This document shows positions 1-11,518 of a DNA stretch of 64,000 nt, one piece after another. Within the stretch, counting starts at the first letter, position 1. Every line of letters starts with the position of its first letter. The stretch comes from an uncultured Polycyclovorans sp. Its GTDB lineage: Bacteria; Pseudomonadota; Gammaproteobacteria; Nevskiales; Nevskiaceae. A model generated the notes under the pieces. The model searched no databases and was not told where the DNA came from. It saw only the letters and a program-made list of their open reading frames with translations. The position numbers and the translations under genes are program-made. The stretch lies in NCBI GenBank assembly GCA_936928855.1, contig CAKZHZ010000019.1:76310-140309 (forward strand). Reading direction: 5' to 3'.

Positions 1-2203
<2,203 letters not shown>

Positions 2204-2269
2204 ACGCGGCTTGCAGGCGACCGAGGTGGCTGGCAGGCTCGAGTCACGCCCACAACAAGGTCGTCAACA

Positions 2270-3712
2270 ATGGCGCTACGCAACCAGATCCAGCTGATCG
2301 CCTATCCCAATCGCATCGGCGCGAATCTGCGCGATCTGCACAGTGCGATGACAGGCTATTTCCGCAAGGCGGTCGGCGGCGTCCATATTCTGCCGCTGTA
2401 TCCCTCCAATGCCGACGGCGGGTTTTCGCCGCTGACGCATACCGAGGTCGATCCCGCCTTCGGCACCTGGAACGATGTCGAGCGCATCGCGGGTGAGTTC
2501 GATCTCTGCCTTGATCTCACCATCAACCACATTTCGGATGCTTCTGCGGAGTTCCAGGACTTTCTCCAGCATGGCTACAAGAGCGAGCATGCGGACCTGT
2601 TCGTGCATGTCGATCAGATGGGCGATATCACGCCCGATGACATGGCCAAGATCCACATCCGCAAGGAGAAGGAACCATTTCGCGATATCCGTTTCGCTGA
2701 TGGCACGACGGGTCGGGTGTGGTGCACCTTCACCGAGAAGCAGATCGACCTCAACTACAACAACCAGAGCGCCTATGCGCTGATGGAGCATTACATCCGC
2801 TTCCTGGCAGCCCGGGGCGTCAAGCTGTTTCGCCTCGACGCCTTCGGCTACACCACCAAGAAGATCGGGACCAGTTGTTTTCTGGTGGAACCGGATGTCT
2901 ACGAGATTCTCGACTGGGCCAATGGCATCGCCGCCGAGTGTGATGCCGAGATTCTGCCGGAGGTTCACGACCACTCCAGTTACCAGTACGCCATCGCGCA
3001 GCGCGACATGCGGCCGTATGCCTTCGCCCTGCCGCCGCTGCTGCTGTACTCGCTGCTGGACGCCAACAGTGTCTATCTCAAGCATTGGCTGCGCACCTGT
3101 CCTCGGCAGCAGATCACCGTACTCGACACCCATGACGGCATCTGCATTCCGGATGTCGAGGGCATCCTGCCGGCCGACAAGATCCAGGCGGTGGTGGACA
3201 ACGTCAGTGCGCGCTCGGCCGACCCCATTCTTCGGCGCTCTGCCGCCAATGTGCACAGCGTCGGCGCCATCTATCAGCTGACCTGTACATATTACGATGC
3301 CCTGCGCGGCAACGATGATGCCTACATTGCGGCGCGTGCCATCCAGTTCTTCACGCCCGGCATCCCGCAGGTCTATTACGTCGGGCTGCTGGCCCTGTCG
3401 AACAATCATGAGTTGATGGATGAAACCGGCGAGCTGCGCGACATCAACCGCCACTGGCTGAGCCTCGAAGATGTCGATGATGCGGTGAAGCGGCCGGTGG
3501 TGCGGCGCCTGCTCAAGCTCATGGAGTTTCGGAATCAGTACCCCGCGTTCAACGGGCGTTTCGAGCTCCACTACTCCAACGATTCGAGCATCAAGATGGG
3601 CTGGCGCGACGGCGAGTGGGTGTGTGAACTGTTTGTCGATCTGAACTTCAAGAAGACCACCATTCGCCACGTCGACACGCGCTCCCGGCGCATGGTATCG
3701 GTGACCTGCTGA
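2270..3712 (+). CDS. sucrose phosphorylase-family (GH13_18) glycoside phosphorylase
   Basis: 480 aa. FRLDAFGY nucleophile region, LPEVHD acid/base region, and an overall sucrose/glucosylglycerol phosphorylase-like sequence. Confidence 0.75.
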   Translation: MALRNQIQLIAYPNRIGANLRDLHSAMTGYFRKAVGGVHILPLYPSNADGGFSPLTHTEVDPAFGTWNDVERIAGEFDLCLDLTINHISDASAEFQDFLQHGYKSEHADLFVHVDQMGDITPDDMAKIHIRKEKEPFRDIRFADGTTGRVWCTFTEKQIDLNYNNQSAYALMEHYIRFLAARGVKLFRLDAFGYTTKKIGTSCFLVEPDVYEILDWANGIAAECDAEILPEVHDHSSYQYAIAQRDMRPYAFALPPLLLYSLLDANSVYLKHWLRTCPRQQITVLDTHDGICIPDVEGILPADKIQAVVDNVSARSADPILRRSAANVHSVGAIYQLTCTYYDALRGNDDAYIAARAIQFFTPGIPQVYYVGLLALSNNHELMDETGELRDINRHWLSLEDVDDAVKRPVVRRLLKLMEFRNQYPAFNGRFELHYSNDSSIKMGWRDGEWVCELFVDLNFKKTTIRHVDTRSRRMVSVTC

Positions 3713-3722
3713 GGGGGACGGT

Positions 3723-4694
3723 TCAGTTCCCGAGCGGGCGTGCCAGCGACGCACGCAGTACGTCGCGGGTAATGGCGCGCGGCCGGCGGCCCAGCCGGTG
3801 AAAGTCTCCTGAGGGAATCAGCGCCGCGATCCGCCGCAGGTTGCGTTGGATGGCGTCACGATAGGGCGTGGCACCGTCGAAATGCGCGGCCTCCAGGCGA
3901 TAGGCGTGGTCAAAGGCGGACGCCAGTCGTTCATCCCATAGCCGCTGGTTGAACTCGACCGTGGTGGTGAGCAGCGATTCGACCGAGTCATACACCGGTG
4001 TCGGCCCCGTCGTCCTCGCGGGTCCGGCCAGACCGCAGCAGGTGAACTCCGGAAACAGGAAGTCCCGACATTTCTCCAGGTAGCAACGGTCAGCGGTCTG
4101 CGCGAGCAGATCGGCGGTGCCGATGATCTGTCCCATGCGCCGGTACGCCGGATCCGCAACCCGGAGGGCCTCGATGGCGATCTCGTAACCGGTGAAGTGG
4201 ACGATGTGGGCCGCCATGGCCGCTTCGGCCCGGAAGCCGAGGGCGGGCAGCAGGGTGCGCAGAAAGTCGGCGCTGCGGCTCACATGGGTGAGTGTATAGG
4301 CGGCGCCATTGCTGGCTGCATCGTTGTCATGCCGGACGTAGCCGGCGTCGTGAAACAGGGCAACGATCACCGCGATGACGGCCTGTCGGCCGCTCAGCCG
4401 TTCGCTGCGTGGCGCGCTGCGCGCATGGCCGTCGAGCAGGCGCGCGCAGGTCAGCGCGCAGTCGAGCGAGTGCTGGGTGTCGTGATACCGGGTATCGCAG
4501 CCGTAAAAGCCCGGCAGCGTACCGGCATAAAGTGCGCTGAACTGCTGGAATGCCTCGGTGAGCGCGGGCAGTGCGTCCACGCCACCGCAGGCGTGCATCA
4601 GGGGCTGGATCGCCGCTTCGACCGCCCGCGGGTCCGCGACGTTGACCCGGTTGGTCACGTCATAGTGATTGCGCCGCCGCTCGTTGTCGGTCAT
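3723..4694 (-). CDS. HD-domain phosphohydrolase (hypothetical)
   Basis: H...HD...H...H...D pattern (YHDTQHS, LFHDAGY, AHIVHF, GTADLL). 323 aa. Confidence 0.6.
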   Translation of the reverse strand: MTDNERRRNHYDVTNRVNVADPRAVEAAIQPLMHACGGVDALPALTEAFQQFSALYAGTLPGFYGCDTRYHDTQHSLDCALTCARLLDGHARSAPRSERLSGRQAVIAVIVALFHDAGYVRHDNDAASNGAAYTLTHVSRSADFLRTLLPALGFRAEAAMAAHIVHFTGYEIAIEALRVADPAYRRMGQIIGTADLLAQTADRCYLEKCRDFLFPEFTCCGLAGPARTTGPTPVYDSVESLLTTTVEFNQRLWDERLASAFDHAYRLEAAHFDGATPYRDAIQRNLRRIAALIPSGDFHRLGRRPRAITRDVLRASLARPLGN

Positions 4695-4758
4695 TGCCCC
4701 CTCCCACAGCTTCGTTCGGGATCATAGGGCCATCAGGCATGGCCTGACGTGCGCCGGG

Positions 4759-5526
4759 TCACGTCGCCAGCTCAATCCAGACCGGGGCGTGATCCGACGG
4801 GCGCTCGAGTTTGCGCGGAGCAGTGTCCACCGCCCATTGGCGCAAGCGTTGACGCAGCGGGGCGCTGACCAGCAGATGGTCGATACGCAGCCCCATGTCG
4901 CGGCGGAAGGCCGCCTGTCGGTAGTCCCACCAGGTAAAGCGGCCCTCACGGTTTGGCGCAGCCTCAAAGCTGTCGCTCAGGCCGAGATCGCAAATGGCGG
5001 TAAGCGCGGCGCGCTCCGCGTCGGAGCAGAGGATGGCACCTTCCCAGACCTGCGGGTCATGCGTGTCCTCCGGCGTCGGCGCGATGTTGAAGTCGCCCAT
5101 GACCAGCAGGTCGTCATGTTGCGTCAGTTCGGTCTGCAGCCAGTGGCGGAACGCGTCGAGAAACCGCAGCTTGTACGCATACTTTTCGCCGCCGACCGCC
5201 TGCCCGTTGACAACATAGGCGTTCACCACGCGGATGCCGCCGATGCGGGCGGCAATGACGCGGCGCTGTTCATCTTCGAACGCCGGAATGCCGCGCTGGA
5301 CATCCTCCAGCGGCTGCCGCGCCAGCAGGGCCACGCCGTTATAGGTTTTCTGACCATGGCTGACGCTCTGATAGCCGACCTCGGCGAGGGCCTCGGTCGG
5401 AAACTGGTGATCCTCGCACTTGAGTTCCTGCAGGCCGACCACATCGGGCTTGGCTGTGGCGAGCCAGTCGAGCAGGTGGGGCAGGCGGACCCGCAGGCTG
5501 TTGACGTTCCAGGTGGCGATCTTCAT
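4759..5526 (-). CDS. xthA: exodeoxyribonuclease III
   Basis: MKIATWNVNSLRVRL...VMGDFNIAP...DHAPVWIEL, the canonical ExoIII/EEP nuclease sequence. Confidence 0.9.
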   Translation of the reverse strand: MKIATWNVNSLRVRLPHLLDWLATAKPDVVGLQELKCEDHQFPTEALAEVGYQSVSHGQKTYNGVALLARQPLEDVQRGIPAFEDEQRRVIAARIGGIRVVNAYVVNGQAVGGEKYAYKLRFLDAFRHWLQTELTQHDDLLVMGDFNIAPTPEDTHDPQVWEGAILCSDAERAALTAICDLGLSDSFEAAPNREGRFTWWDYRQAAFRRDMGLRIDHLLVSAPLRQRLRQWAVDTAPRKLERPSDHAPVWIELAT

Positions 5527-5603
5527 TGGAGTCCGGTGGCGGGAGCGCAGGGCGCAATCAGGTGGGCATTCTATTCTTGCCGAAGCCTGCCGCCGGCATC
5601 AAA

Positions 5604-5642
5604 GAAAAAGGCCGCCGGTGTTGCCGCCGGCGGCCTCTTTTC
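5604..5642. terminator. bidirectional rho-independent terminator
   Basis: aaagaaaaaGGCCGCCGGtgttgCCGCCGGCGGCCtcttttcg: a 9-bp GC stem flanked by an A-tract and a T-tract. It lies downstream of the minus-strand lipoprotein gene. Confidence 0.6.
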
Positions 5643-5656
5643 GATCCCCCTTGGAA

Positions 5657-7675
5657 TCAGGGAGCGGGGATCAATGCCACTTCGATATCGCGGTCGGCGA
5701 TGGCCCACCAGAGACCGTCGCCGGCGGTGTCGTGCCCGACCACGAACGCATCGTCACAGCCGGCCGGACGGGTCGGCGGCGTTTCCAGATAGGCGGCATC
5801 GAAGCCGCCGCTGACCACGCAGGATGCGCTGCTCATGGCAGCCCAGGTGTCGCCGTCGCGATAGCCCAGCACCACTGACTGGCTGGCGAGCGCCGCTGGC
5901 ACCTGCAGGCTCATCGCGTAGGGGTCGGCCCGGGTGCCCTCGATATCCCAGGCCTGCGAGGCGTAGGCGGGCAGGGCGTGTTCGGCCTTGGCGCTGCCGT
6001 CGGGCTGGCTTTGCGGGAAGCCGGCCGCCAGCTTGCCCGGCGAAGACTTCAGGGCGCCCCAGGTGCCCAGGTAGATCCCGTTCTGGTTCTGCAGGCCGCT
6101 GATCAGCAACACGCTGGAGGCGGTTGCATCTTCTTTCGGCATCCAGCTCAGGGTGACATGCTCCTTGAGATCGATGGTGGTTTCGGGGATCTGCACCGAG
6201 TCGCCGGAGATGCGGAGGCGTTCGTTGCCGTTGACGTTCGGCGTCCAGGCCTGGTGATACTGGAACAGATACTGGTAACCCAGCCGGGCGAGGTCGGTCA
6301 CGGTTTCCGCCCGGCTCCACCCCGGTGTCACGCCCATCGAACGCGTACGCGAGTCGATCCGGTTGAAGGTGTTGTTGGTGCCTGCCTCCAGTCGCGCGAT
6401 CATGCCTTCGCTGCTGCGGCACTCATTGGTGCGGTAGGACGGGTCCAGATCGAGCACGGGGCGGGTACCGGCCGGAATGCTGTTGGGGTAGACGATCTTC
6501 TCGCAGCGGTCGGTTGAGCGGCTGAAGCGGTCAAACAGCGTCCATACGGGGTCGGCCAGTTCCTTCGGGCCATCACTGTTTCGCAGCACGGTGTGCTCGG
6601 CGAACCAGGCCTGGTAGTCGAGGCGCGGCCCCTCGAAGGTCAGCAGTGGTGCCGTGACGTCCAGTGCGGTCGAGCCGTTTTCCATCGAGTTGACCTTGTG
6701 CTGCACCACGCGCTGGACCAGCTCGGACTCGCCATAGCGGAACTCGTAACCCTTGTAGGAGGCGTTGCCGGACATGATCTGCGTGAAGTAGGGCAGGCGG
6801 TAGTTACCGCCGGTCTCGGTCCACGACTTGTTGATCGCCGTGAACGGGCCACGGATCACGCTGCGCTGGTATTGGTGCTCGTGGCCCTGGACCCAGATCA
6901 CGTCATTGTCGACAAAGAACTTGCGGATTTCGTCGTACTGATCGATCAGCGCGTTCTCGCCCTTGGTGCCTTCGACGATCTGCTCGCGCACCTGTCCGTA
7001 CTTGGCGCCGATCAGGCCGTCGTGGCTGCCGATGACGATATGGTCCACGGCGTCCCGATGGCGACCCACCACCTCCTTGATCCACGGAAAGGCGCCGGCC
7101 AGGCCCCAGTACCGCAGATTGATGATCAGTACGTTTTCGCGCACCACGGCGTAGTTGAGAAACTCGGCATAGGGCATGTGCTCCGCGTCCGCCGGAATGT
7201 ACGGGCGCATGGCGTCGACCCAGCGGGTGGTGATGGCAAAGCTGTCTTCGTGATTGCCCATCAATGGCAGGATCTCGATGCCGGCCTCGCGATACTTGCC
7301 GGCAACCTCGACCCATTCACCGAACTCCTTGGCGGACCCGTCGTTGGTCAGATCGCCGACGGCGATCACCACATCGGCGCCCATGGCCTGATGCTGCTTG
7401 AGCACGGCTTCCATGGCATGAATGGCCACTTCCGAACCATTGCCCTGGGTGTCCGGCAACAGGCCGATGCGCAGTGTTTCGGGGGCAGGGGCTGGCGTCG
7501 GAGTGGGGCTCGGGCTCGGGCTCGGGCTGGGCGTCGGGCTGGGGGACGGTGTGCTCGATGGCGTCGGGCTGGGCTGAGGGTCGCCGATGGGATTGTTGTT
7601 TCCATCGCTGCACGCGCACAGCAGGGTGGTGAGCAGCGCGAAAGTGGCGCCACCCAGGGTCTTGTTGAGTTGCAT
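5657..7675 (-). CDS. lipoprotein with calcineurin-like metallophosphoesterase domain
   Basis: Signal peptide and lipobox (LLTTLLCAC), a Pro/Ser/Thr linker (PSPTPSPSPSPSPTPTP), and GDLTNDG / GNHE metallophosphoesterase motifs. The ~400-aa C-terminal extension is unassigned. Start placed at MQLNKTL (7675). Confidence 0.7.
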   Translation of the reverse strand: MQLNKTLGGATFALLTTLLCACSDGNNNPIGDPQPSPTPSSTPSPSPTPSPSPSPSPTPTPAPAPETLRIGLLPDTQGNGSEVAIHAMEAVLKQHQAMGADVVIAVGDLTNDGSAKEFGEWVEVAGKYREAGIEILPLMGNHEDSFAITTRWVDAMRPYIPADAEHMPYAEFLNYAVVRENVLIINLRYWGLAGAFPWIKEVVGRHRDAVDHIVIGSHDGLIGAKYGQVREQIVEGTKGENALIDQYDEIRKFFVDNDVIWVQGHEHQYQRSVIRGPFTAINKSWTETGGNYRLPYFTQIMSGNASYKGYEFRYGESELVQRVVQHKVNSMENGSTALDVTAPLLTFEGPRLDYQAWFAEHTVLRNSDGPKELADPVWTLFDRFSRSTDRCEKIVYPNSIPAGTRPVLDLDPSYRTNECRSSEGMIARLEAGTNNTFNRIDSRTRSMGVTPGWSRAETVTDLARLGYQYLFQYHQAWTPNVNGNERLRISGDSVQIPETTIDLKEHVTLSWMPKEDATASSVLLISGLQNQNGIYLGTWGALKSSPGKLAAGFPQSQPDGSAKAEHALPAYASQAWDIEGTRADPYAMSLQVPAALASQSVVLGYRDGDTWAAMSSASCVVSGGFDAAYLETPPTRPAGCDDAFVVGHDTAGDGLWWAIADRDIEVALIPAP

Positions 7676-7798
7676 TGAGGCTCTCGGTTTTTCTGGGGTC
7701 AGCCGGCTCGTGACCGGGCCATGCACCCTAGTCTGTGGCGGTGACACCGATGTGAAACGCGGGGCGGCGACCCCGCGTGTCGACCGAGTCTTACAGCC

Positions 7799-9844
7799 TC
7801 ACGCGCTGCTGGCGGACGAGGCGATCAGGCCATCGTGGCGCAGCAGCGCGTCCAGCGTTGGTGGGCGTCCGCGGAATGCCGTGAACAGCTCCAGTGCCGG
7901 GGCACTGCCACCGCGCGACAGCAGCGCATCCCGGAAGCGATGGCCGGTGTCGACGGCGAAACCGGATTCCTCGAATGCCGCAAAAGCATCGGCCGACAAC
8001 ACCTCGGCCCACTTGTAGCTGTAGTAACCGGCTGCGTAGCCGCCAGCGAAGATGTGGCTGAAGCTCCAGGGCATGCGATTGAACGCGGGAGGCTGCATCA
8101 GGGCCACTTCCGCGCGCACCGCCTCGAGTTGCTGCAGCAGGGCGTCGGTATCGTCGGGTGGCGCATCACGGTGCAGGCGCAGGTCGAACAGGGCGAATTC
8201 GATCTGCCGCAGTGTGGCCATGCCACTCTGCCAGCTGCGGGAGGCCTGGAGTTTGTCGATCAGGGTGTGCGGCAGGGCGTCGCCGGTCTGCCAGTGGCGG
8301 GCGAAGCGTTGCAGTGTGGGGGCGTGGTAGCACCAGTTCTCCATGAACTGGCTGGGGAGTTCCACGGCATCCCACTCCACGCCGTGAATGCCGGAGACGC
8401 TGGCCTCCTCCACCTGGGTCAGGAGGTGGTGCAGGCCGTGGCCGAACTCGTGAAACAGCGTCAGCACCTCGTCGTGGGTCAGCAGTGCCGGCTGGCCGGG
8501 GGCGGGCGGCGTGAAGTTGCCGACCAGATACGCGACCGGCAGCTGCAGCTGCCCGTCGATGCGCTGCCGTGTCAGGCACTCGTCCATCCAGGCGCCGCCG
8601 CGTTTGTGCGCCCGGGCATACGGGTCCAGATAGAACAGTCCGATCGGCTCGCCTGAAAGCGTTGACAGCGAGTAGACCGTCACGTCCTCGTGCCAGGTGG
8701 CGATGCCCTCCACCGCCGTGATGCGAACCCCATAGAGGGATTCGACCTGATCGAACATGCCCTGGATCACCTGCGGCGCCGGGAAGTAGGGCTTCAGGGC
8801 TTCGTCAGACAGTCCCAGCGTGGCATCGCGATAGCGTTCGCTGTAGTAGGCAACATCCCAGGGCTCCAGCCGATCCAGGCCATCCTGCGCATGCGCGTAA
8901 TCGCGCAAGGCCTCCAGCTCGGTTTCCGCACGTGCGCGTGCGCGTCGGGCGAGATCGGTCAGAAACTGCTCCACGGCCTCAGCGGAGTCCGCCATCTTGG
9001 TGGCCAGCGACAGCGCAGCATAGTGGGGGAAGCCGAGCAGCTCGGCTTCCTCACGACGCAGGCGGAGGATCTCGAGCATCGGGGGGCCGTTGTCGAACTG
9101 TCCGGCCTGCGGACCCTGGTCGGACGCACGGGTCGCGTAGGCGGTGTACAGCGACCGGCGTAACTCGCGGTCGTGGGCGTGGCTGATCACCGCGTCGAAG
9201 GAGGGGAAATCGAGGGTGATCCAGGCCCCGTCCAGATCCCGGTCTCGGGCCTTGGCCTCCGCGCTGGCGCGGGCGCCATCACTCATCCCGGACAGTCGGT
9301 TCGGGTCGGGAACGTGCAGGCCGTAGGCCTGGATCGCGTCCATCAGGTTCGACTCGAACTGCGACTGCAAGGTCGACAGGCGCAGCGAAATCGCCTTGTA
9401 GCGGGCCTTGTCCTGTTCGGGCAGGCCGATGCCCGACAGCCGGAAGTCACGCAGGGCATCTTCGACCACCTTGCGGCGTTCGGTGCTGAGCTGCGGGAAG
9501 TCAGGGCGCGCCGCGAGGGCCTGGTAGGCGCGGAACAGCGGCTCCGACTGCGACAACTCCAGGCTGTACTCGGTGATCTTCGGGAGGGCAGTGTTGTAGG
9601 CCTCGCGCCAGGCCGGGGTGCTGCATACCCCGAACAGGTGGGACAAGGGTCCCCAGGCCTGCCCCAGCGCGTTGTTCATCCGTTCCAGTGGTACCACCAG
9701 GGAATCCCAATCCGGCGACGTGAGACCCTCCAGTGTCTGCAACTGCTGGCGGTTCCCGGTCAGGACGGCGTCGAGTCGGGCCAGGACGCCGTCGGGCGTC
9801 AGGTTGGGAAAATCGGGGAGCGGCAGGGCGGCGCTGGGCATCAC
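7799..9844 (-). CDS. prlC: oligopeptidase A (M3 family)
   Basis: 681 aa, HEFGHGLHH zinc motif, and overall OpdA-like sequence. Confidence 0.9.
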   Translation of the reverse strand: MMPSAALPLPDFPNLTPDGVLARLDAVLTGNRQQLQTLEGLTSPDWDSLVVPLERMNNALGQAWGPLSHLFGVCSTPAWREAYNTALPKITEYSLELSQSEPLFRAYQALAARPDFPQLSTERRKVVEDALRDFRLSGIGLPEQDKARYKAISLRLSTLQSQFESNLMDAIQAYGLHVPDPNRLSGMSDGARASAEAKARDRDLDGAWITLDFPSFDAVISHAHDRELRRSLYTAYATRASDQGPQAGQFDNGPPMLEILRLRREEAELLGFPHYAALSLATKMADSAEAVEQFLTDLARRARARAETELEALRDYAHAQDGLDRLEPWDVAYYSERYRDATLGLSDEALKPYFPAPQVIQGMFDQVESLYGVRITAVEGIATWHEDVTVYSLSTLSGEPIGLFYLDPYARAHKRGGAWMDECLTRQRIDGQLQLPVAYLVGNFTPPAPGQPALLTHDEVLTLFHEFGHGLHHLLTQVEEASVSGIHGVEWDAVELPSQFMENWCYHAPTLQRFARHWQTGDALPHTLIDKLQASRSWQSGMATLRQIEFALFDLRLHRDAPPDDTDALLQQLEAVRAEVALMQPPAFNRMPWSFSHIFAGGYAAGYYSYKWAEVLSADAFAAFEESGFAVDTGHRFRDALLSRGGSAPALELFTAFRGRPPTLDALLRHDGLIASSASSA

Positions 9845-9902
9845 GGGGACTTTGGATGGGCTATCGGAGGGCTATGATCCCGCATCTGCGCACGGCGTGC
9901 GC

Positions 9903-10838
9903 TTACAGCAGTCCCCGTGCCTCCAGCGCCATGGCGGCAAAGACGAACCCCGCGAGGCCCGCCAGCAGCCACAGGGCGCCACCAATCCGGGTGCGACGTC
10001 CCAGATCGGCTTCCGACATCGTGGACAGCAGGAAGGGGCGCCGATCGGTGGGCTGGCACAGGACATGGAGATCCGGCATCACCGCCTGCTCAACGTGTCG
10101 TTGCCGAACGGCCTGGAGTGCCGCCTCGCGAGCCGCCTCCCACTCGCCGAGATCGATCTCGCCATCGCCGTTGGTATCGAAGCGCTGCAGCAACTGGCGG
10201 CGGTCGCGCTTCCAATCGGCCAGCAGCTCGCGCACATCGTCGCCTTCGCTGAAACTGTGCTGTCCGTGCTGGGTGCGGAACAGACCCACCGTGTAGAGGG
10301 GATCGCCGACTTTGACCAGCCGCTCGGTGTATCGGTATCCCCCGAAGGAAATCCATGGCGAGCGTTCCGGGATCTGCGCCGGGACCCGGCCGTGCCCCTG
10401 CCACCGGCGACGCAGGCTGGGATGGACCTTGGCTCCGTGGGGGTCGACCACGCAGTCGCCGCTGGGGTCCGTGAGCAGAAACAACTCGTCCGAGGTGGCG
10501 CGCGCAATGGTTTTCCATTCGCTGCGACTGCGACCGTTGACCATGCGTCGGTCGCGGCGTTCCACCTGATAGTCCCACCAGACGCAGCGCGCACGCGTGA
10601 GGGGGGAATAGATGGGAGGGCCTGGCAACAGTCCGGCATGACCTTCGAGTTCGACGTAGCCCTGCGCGGCACTGGCGATGCGGGAGGTGGGCAGGTCCTG
10701 CATCAGGCGCGCGTGCCGCAACTGGCGCAATCCCCATGCGGTGCCGCCGACGGCGAGCAGCAACGCCAGCCCGACCGCCAGCACGAAGCCCTCGATCGAG
10801 GTTGTCGCCAGCGAGGCGAACAGGGCCTGCGCGGCCAC
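9903..10838 (-). CDS. two-TM membrane protein with a canonical EF-hand (possibly GIDE-like), LemA partner
   Basis: N- and C-terminal hydrophobic helices, and a central soluble region with a perfect EF-hand loop (DTNGDGEIDLGEWE). A 3-nt gap separates it from the lemA stop. Confidence 0.6.
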   Translation of the reverse strand: MAAQALFASLATTSIEGFVLAVGLALLLAVGGTAWGLRQLRHARLMQDLPTSRIASAAQGYVELEGHAGLLPGPPIYSPLTRARCVWWDYQVERRDRRMVNGRSRSEWKTIARATSDELFLLTDPSGDCVVDPHGAKVHPSLRRRWQGHGRVPAQIPERSPWISFGGYRYTERLVKVGDPLYTVGLFRTQHGQHSFSEGDDVRELLADWKRDRRQLLQRFDTNGDGEIDLGEWEAAREAALQAVRQRHVEQAVMPDLHVLCQPTDRRPFLLSTMSEADLGRRTRIGGALWLLAGLAGFVFAAMALEARGLL

Positions 10839-10841
10839 CGG

Positions 10842-11414
10842 TCAGTTGCCGAACAGGGCCTTGAAGTTGGGGTCCTGGAGTTCCTCTGCGGTGAACTCCA
10901 GCAAGGTGGCGGGTGCGAACCCCAGCAGGCGGGCCACCACGACATCGGGGAACTGCTCGATCCGAACGTTGTTGAGGTTGACGCTCTCGTTGTAGAACTC
11001 GCGGCGATCGGAGATGGCGTTCTCAAGGGCCGTCACCCGTGACAACAGGGTCTGGATCGACTGGTTGGCCTTGAGTTCCGGATAGGCTTCCACGGTGGCC
11101 TGAATGCTGCCGAGTGCGGCCCGCATCATGCCTTCGCTTTTGCCCACGCCGACGACGTCGCCATTTTCCCGTGCCACCTGGGCGCCGCTACGGGCGGCCA
11201 TGACACGTTCCAGTGCGTCACGTTCGAACTGCATGTACTGCTTGCAGGTTTCCACCAGCTTGGGCAGCTCCTCGTGACGCTGCCGCAGCAGGACATCGAT
11301 GTTGCTCCAGCTCTTGGAAACGTTGTGCTTGAGGTTGACCAGGCCGTTGTAGATCACGATGCCGTACAGCAGTGCGATCCCGACGATCCCGAGGAGGATG
11401 TAGGTCACCATCCG
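10842..11414 (-). CDS. lemA: LemA family protein
   Basis: Start at MVTYILLGIVGIALLYG (TM helix), followed by a LemA-like sequence (NLKHNVSKSWSNIDVLLRQRHEELPKLVETCKQYMQFERDALERV...). The upstream in-frame extension is rejected. Confidence 0.8.
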   Translation of the reverse strand, partial: RMVTYILLGIVGIALLYGIVIYNGLVNLKHNVSKSWSNIDVLLRQRHEELPKLVETCKQYMQFERDALERVMAARSGAQVARENGDVVGVGKSEGMMRAALGSIQATVEAYPELKANQSIQTLLSRVTALENAISDRREFYNESVNLNNVRIEQFPDVVVARLLGFAPATLLEFTAEELQDPNFKALFGN

Positions 11415-11518
11415 TTTGACTCCCGTCCCTTGCCCGTTATGGGCCAAGCATGCGGGAATTGCGTGGGCCGCGCTACCATAGGCGCATGACACTCCAGTAT
11501 CTGACGAGGACCTGCGCC

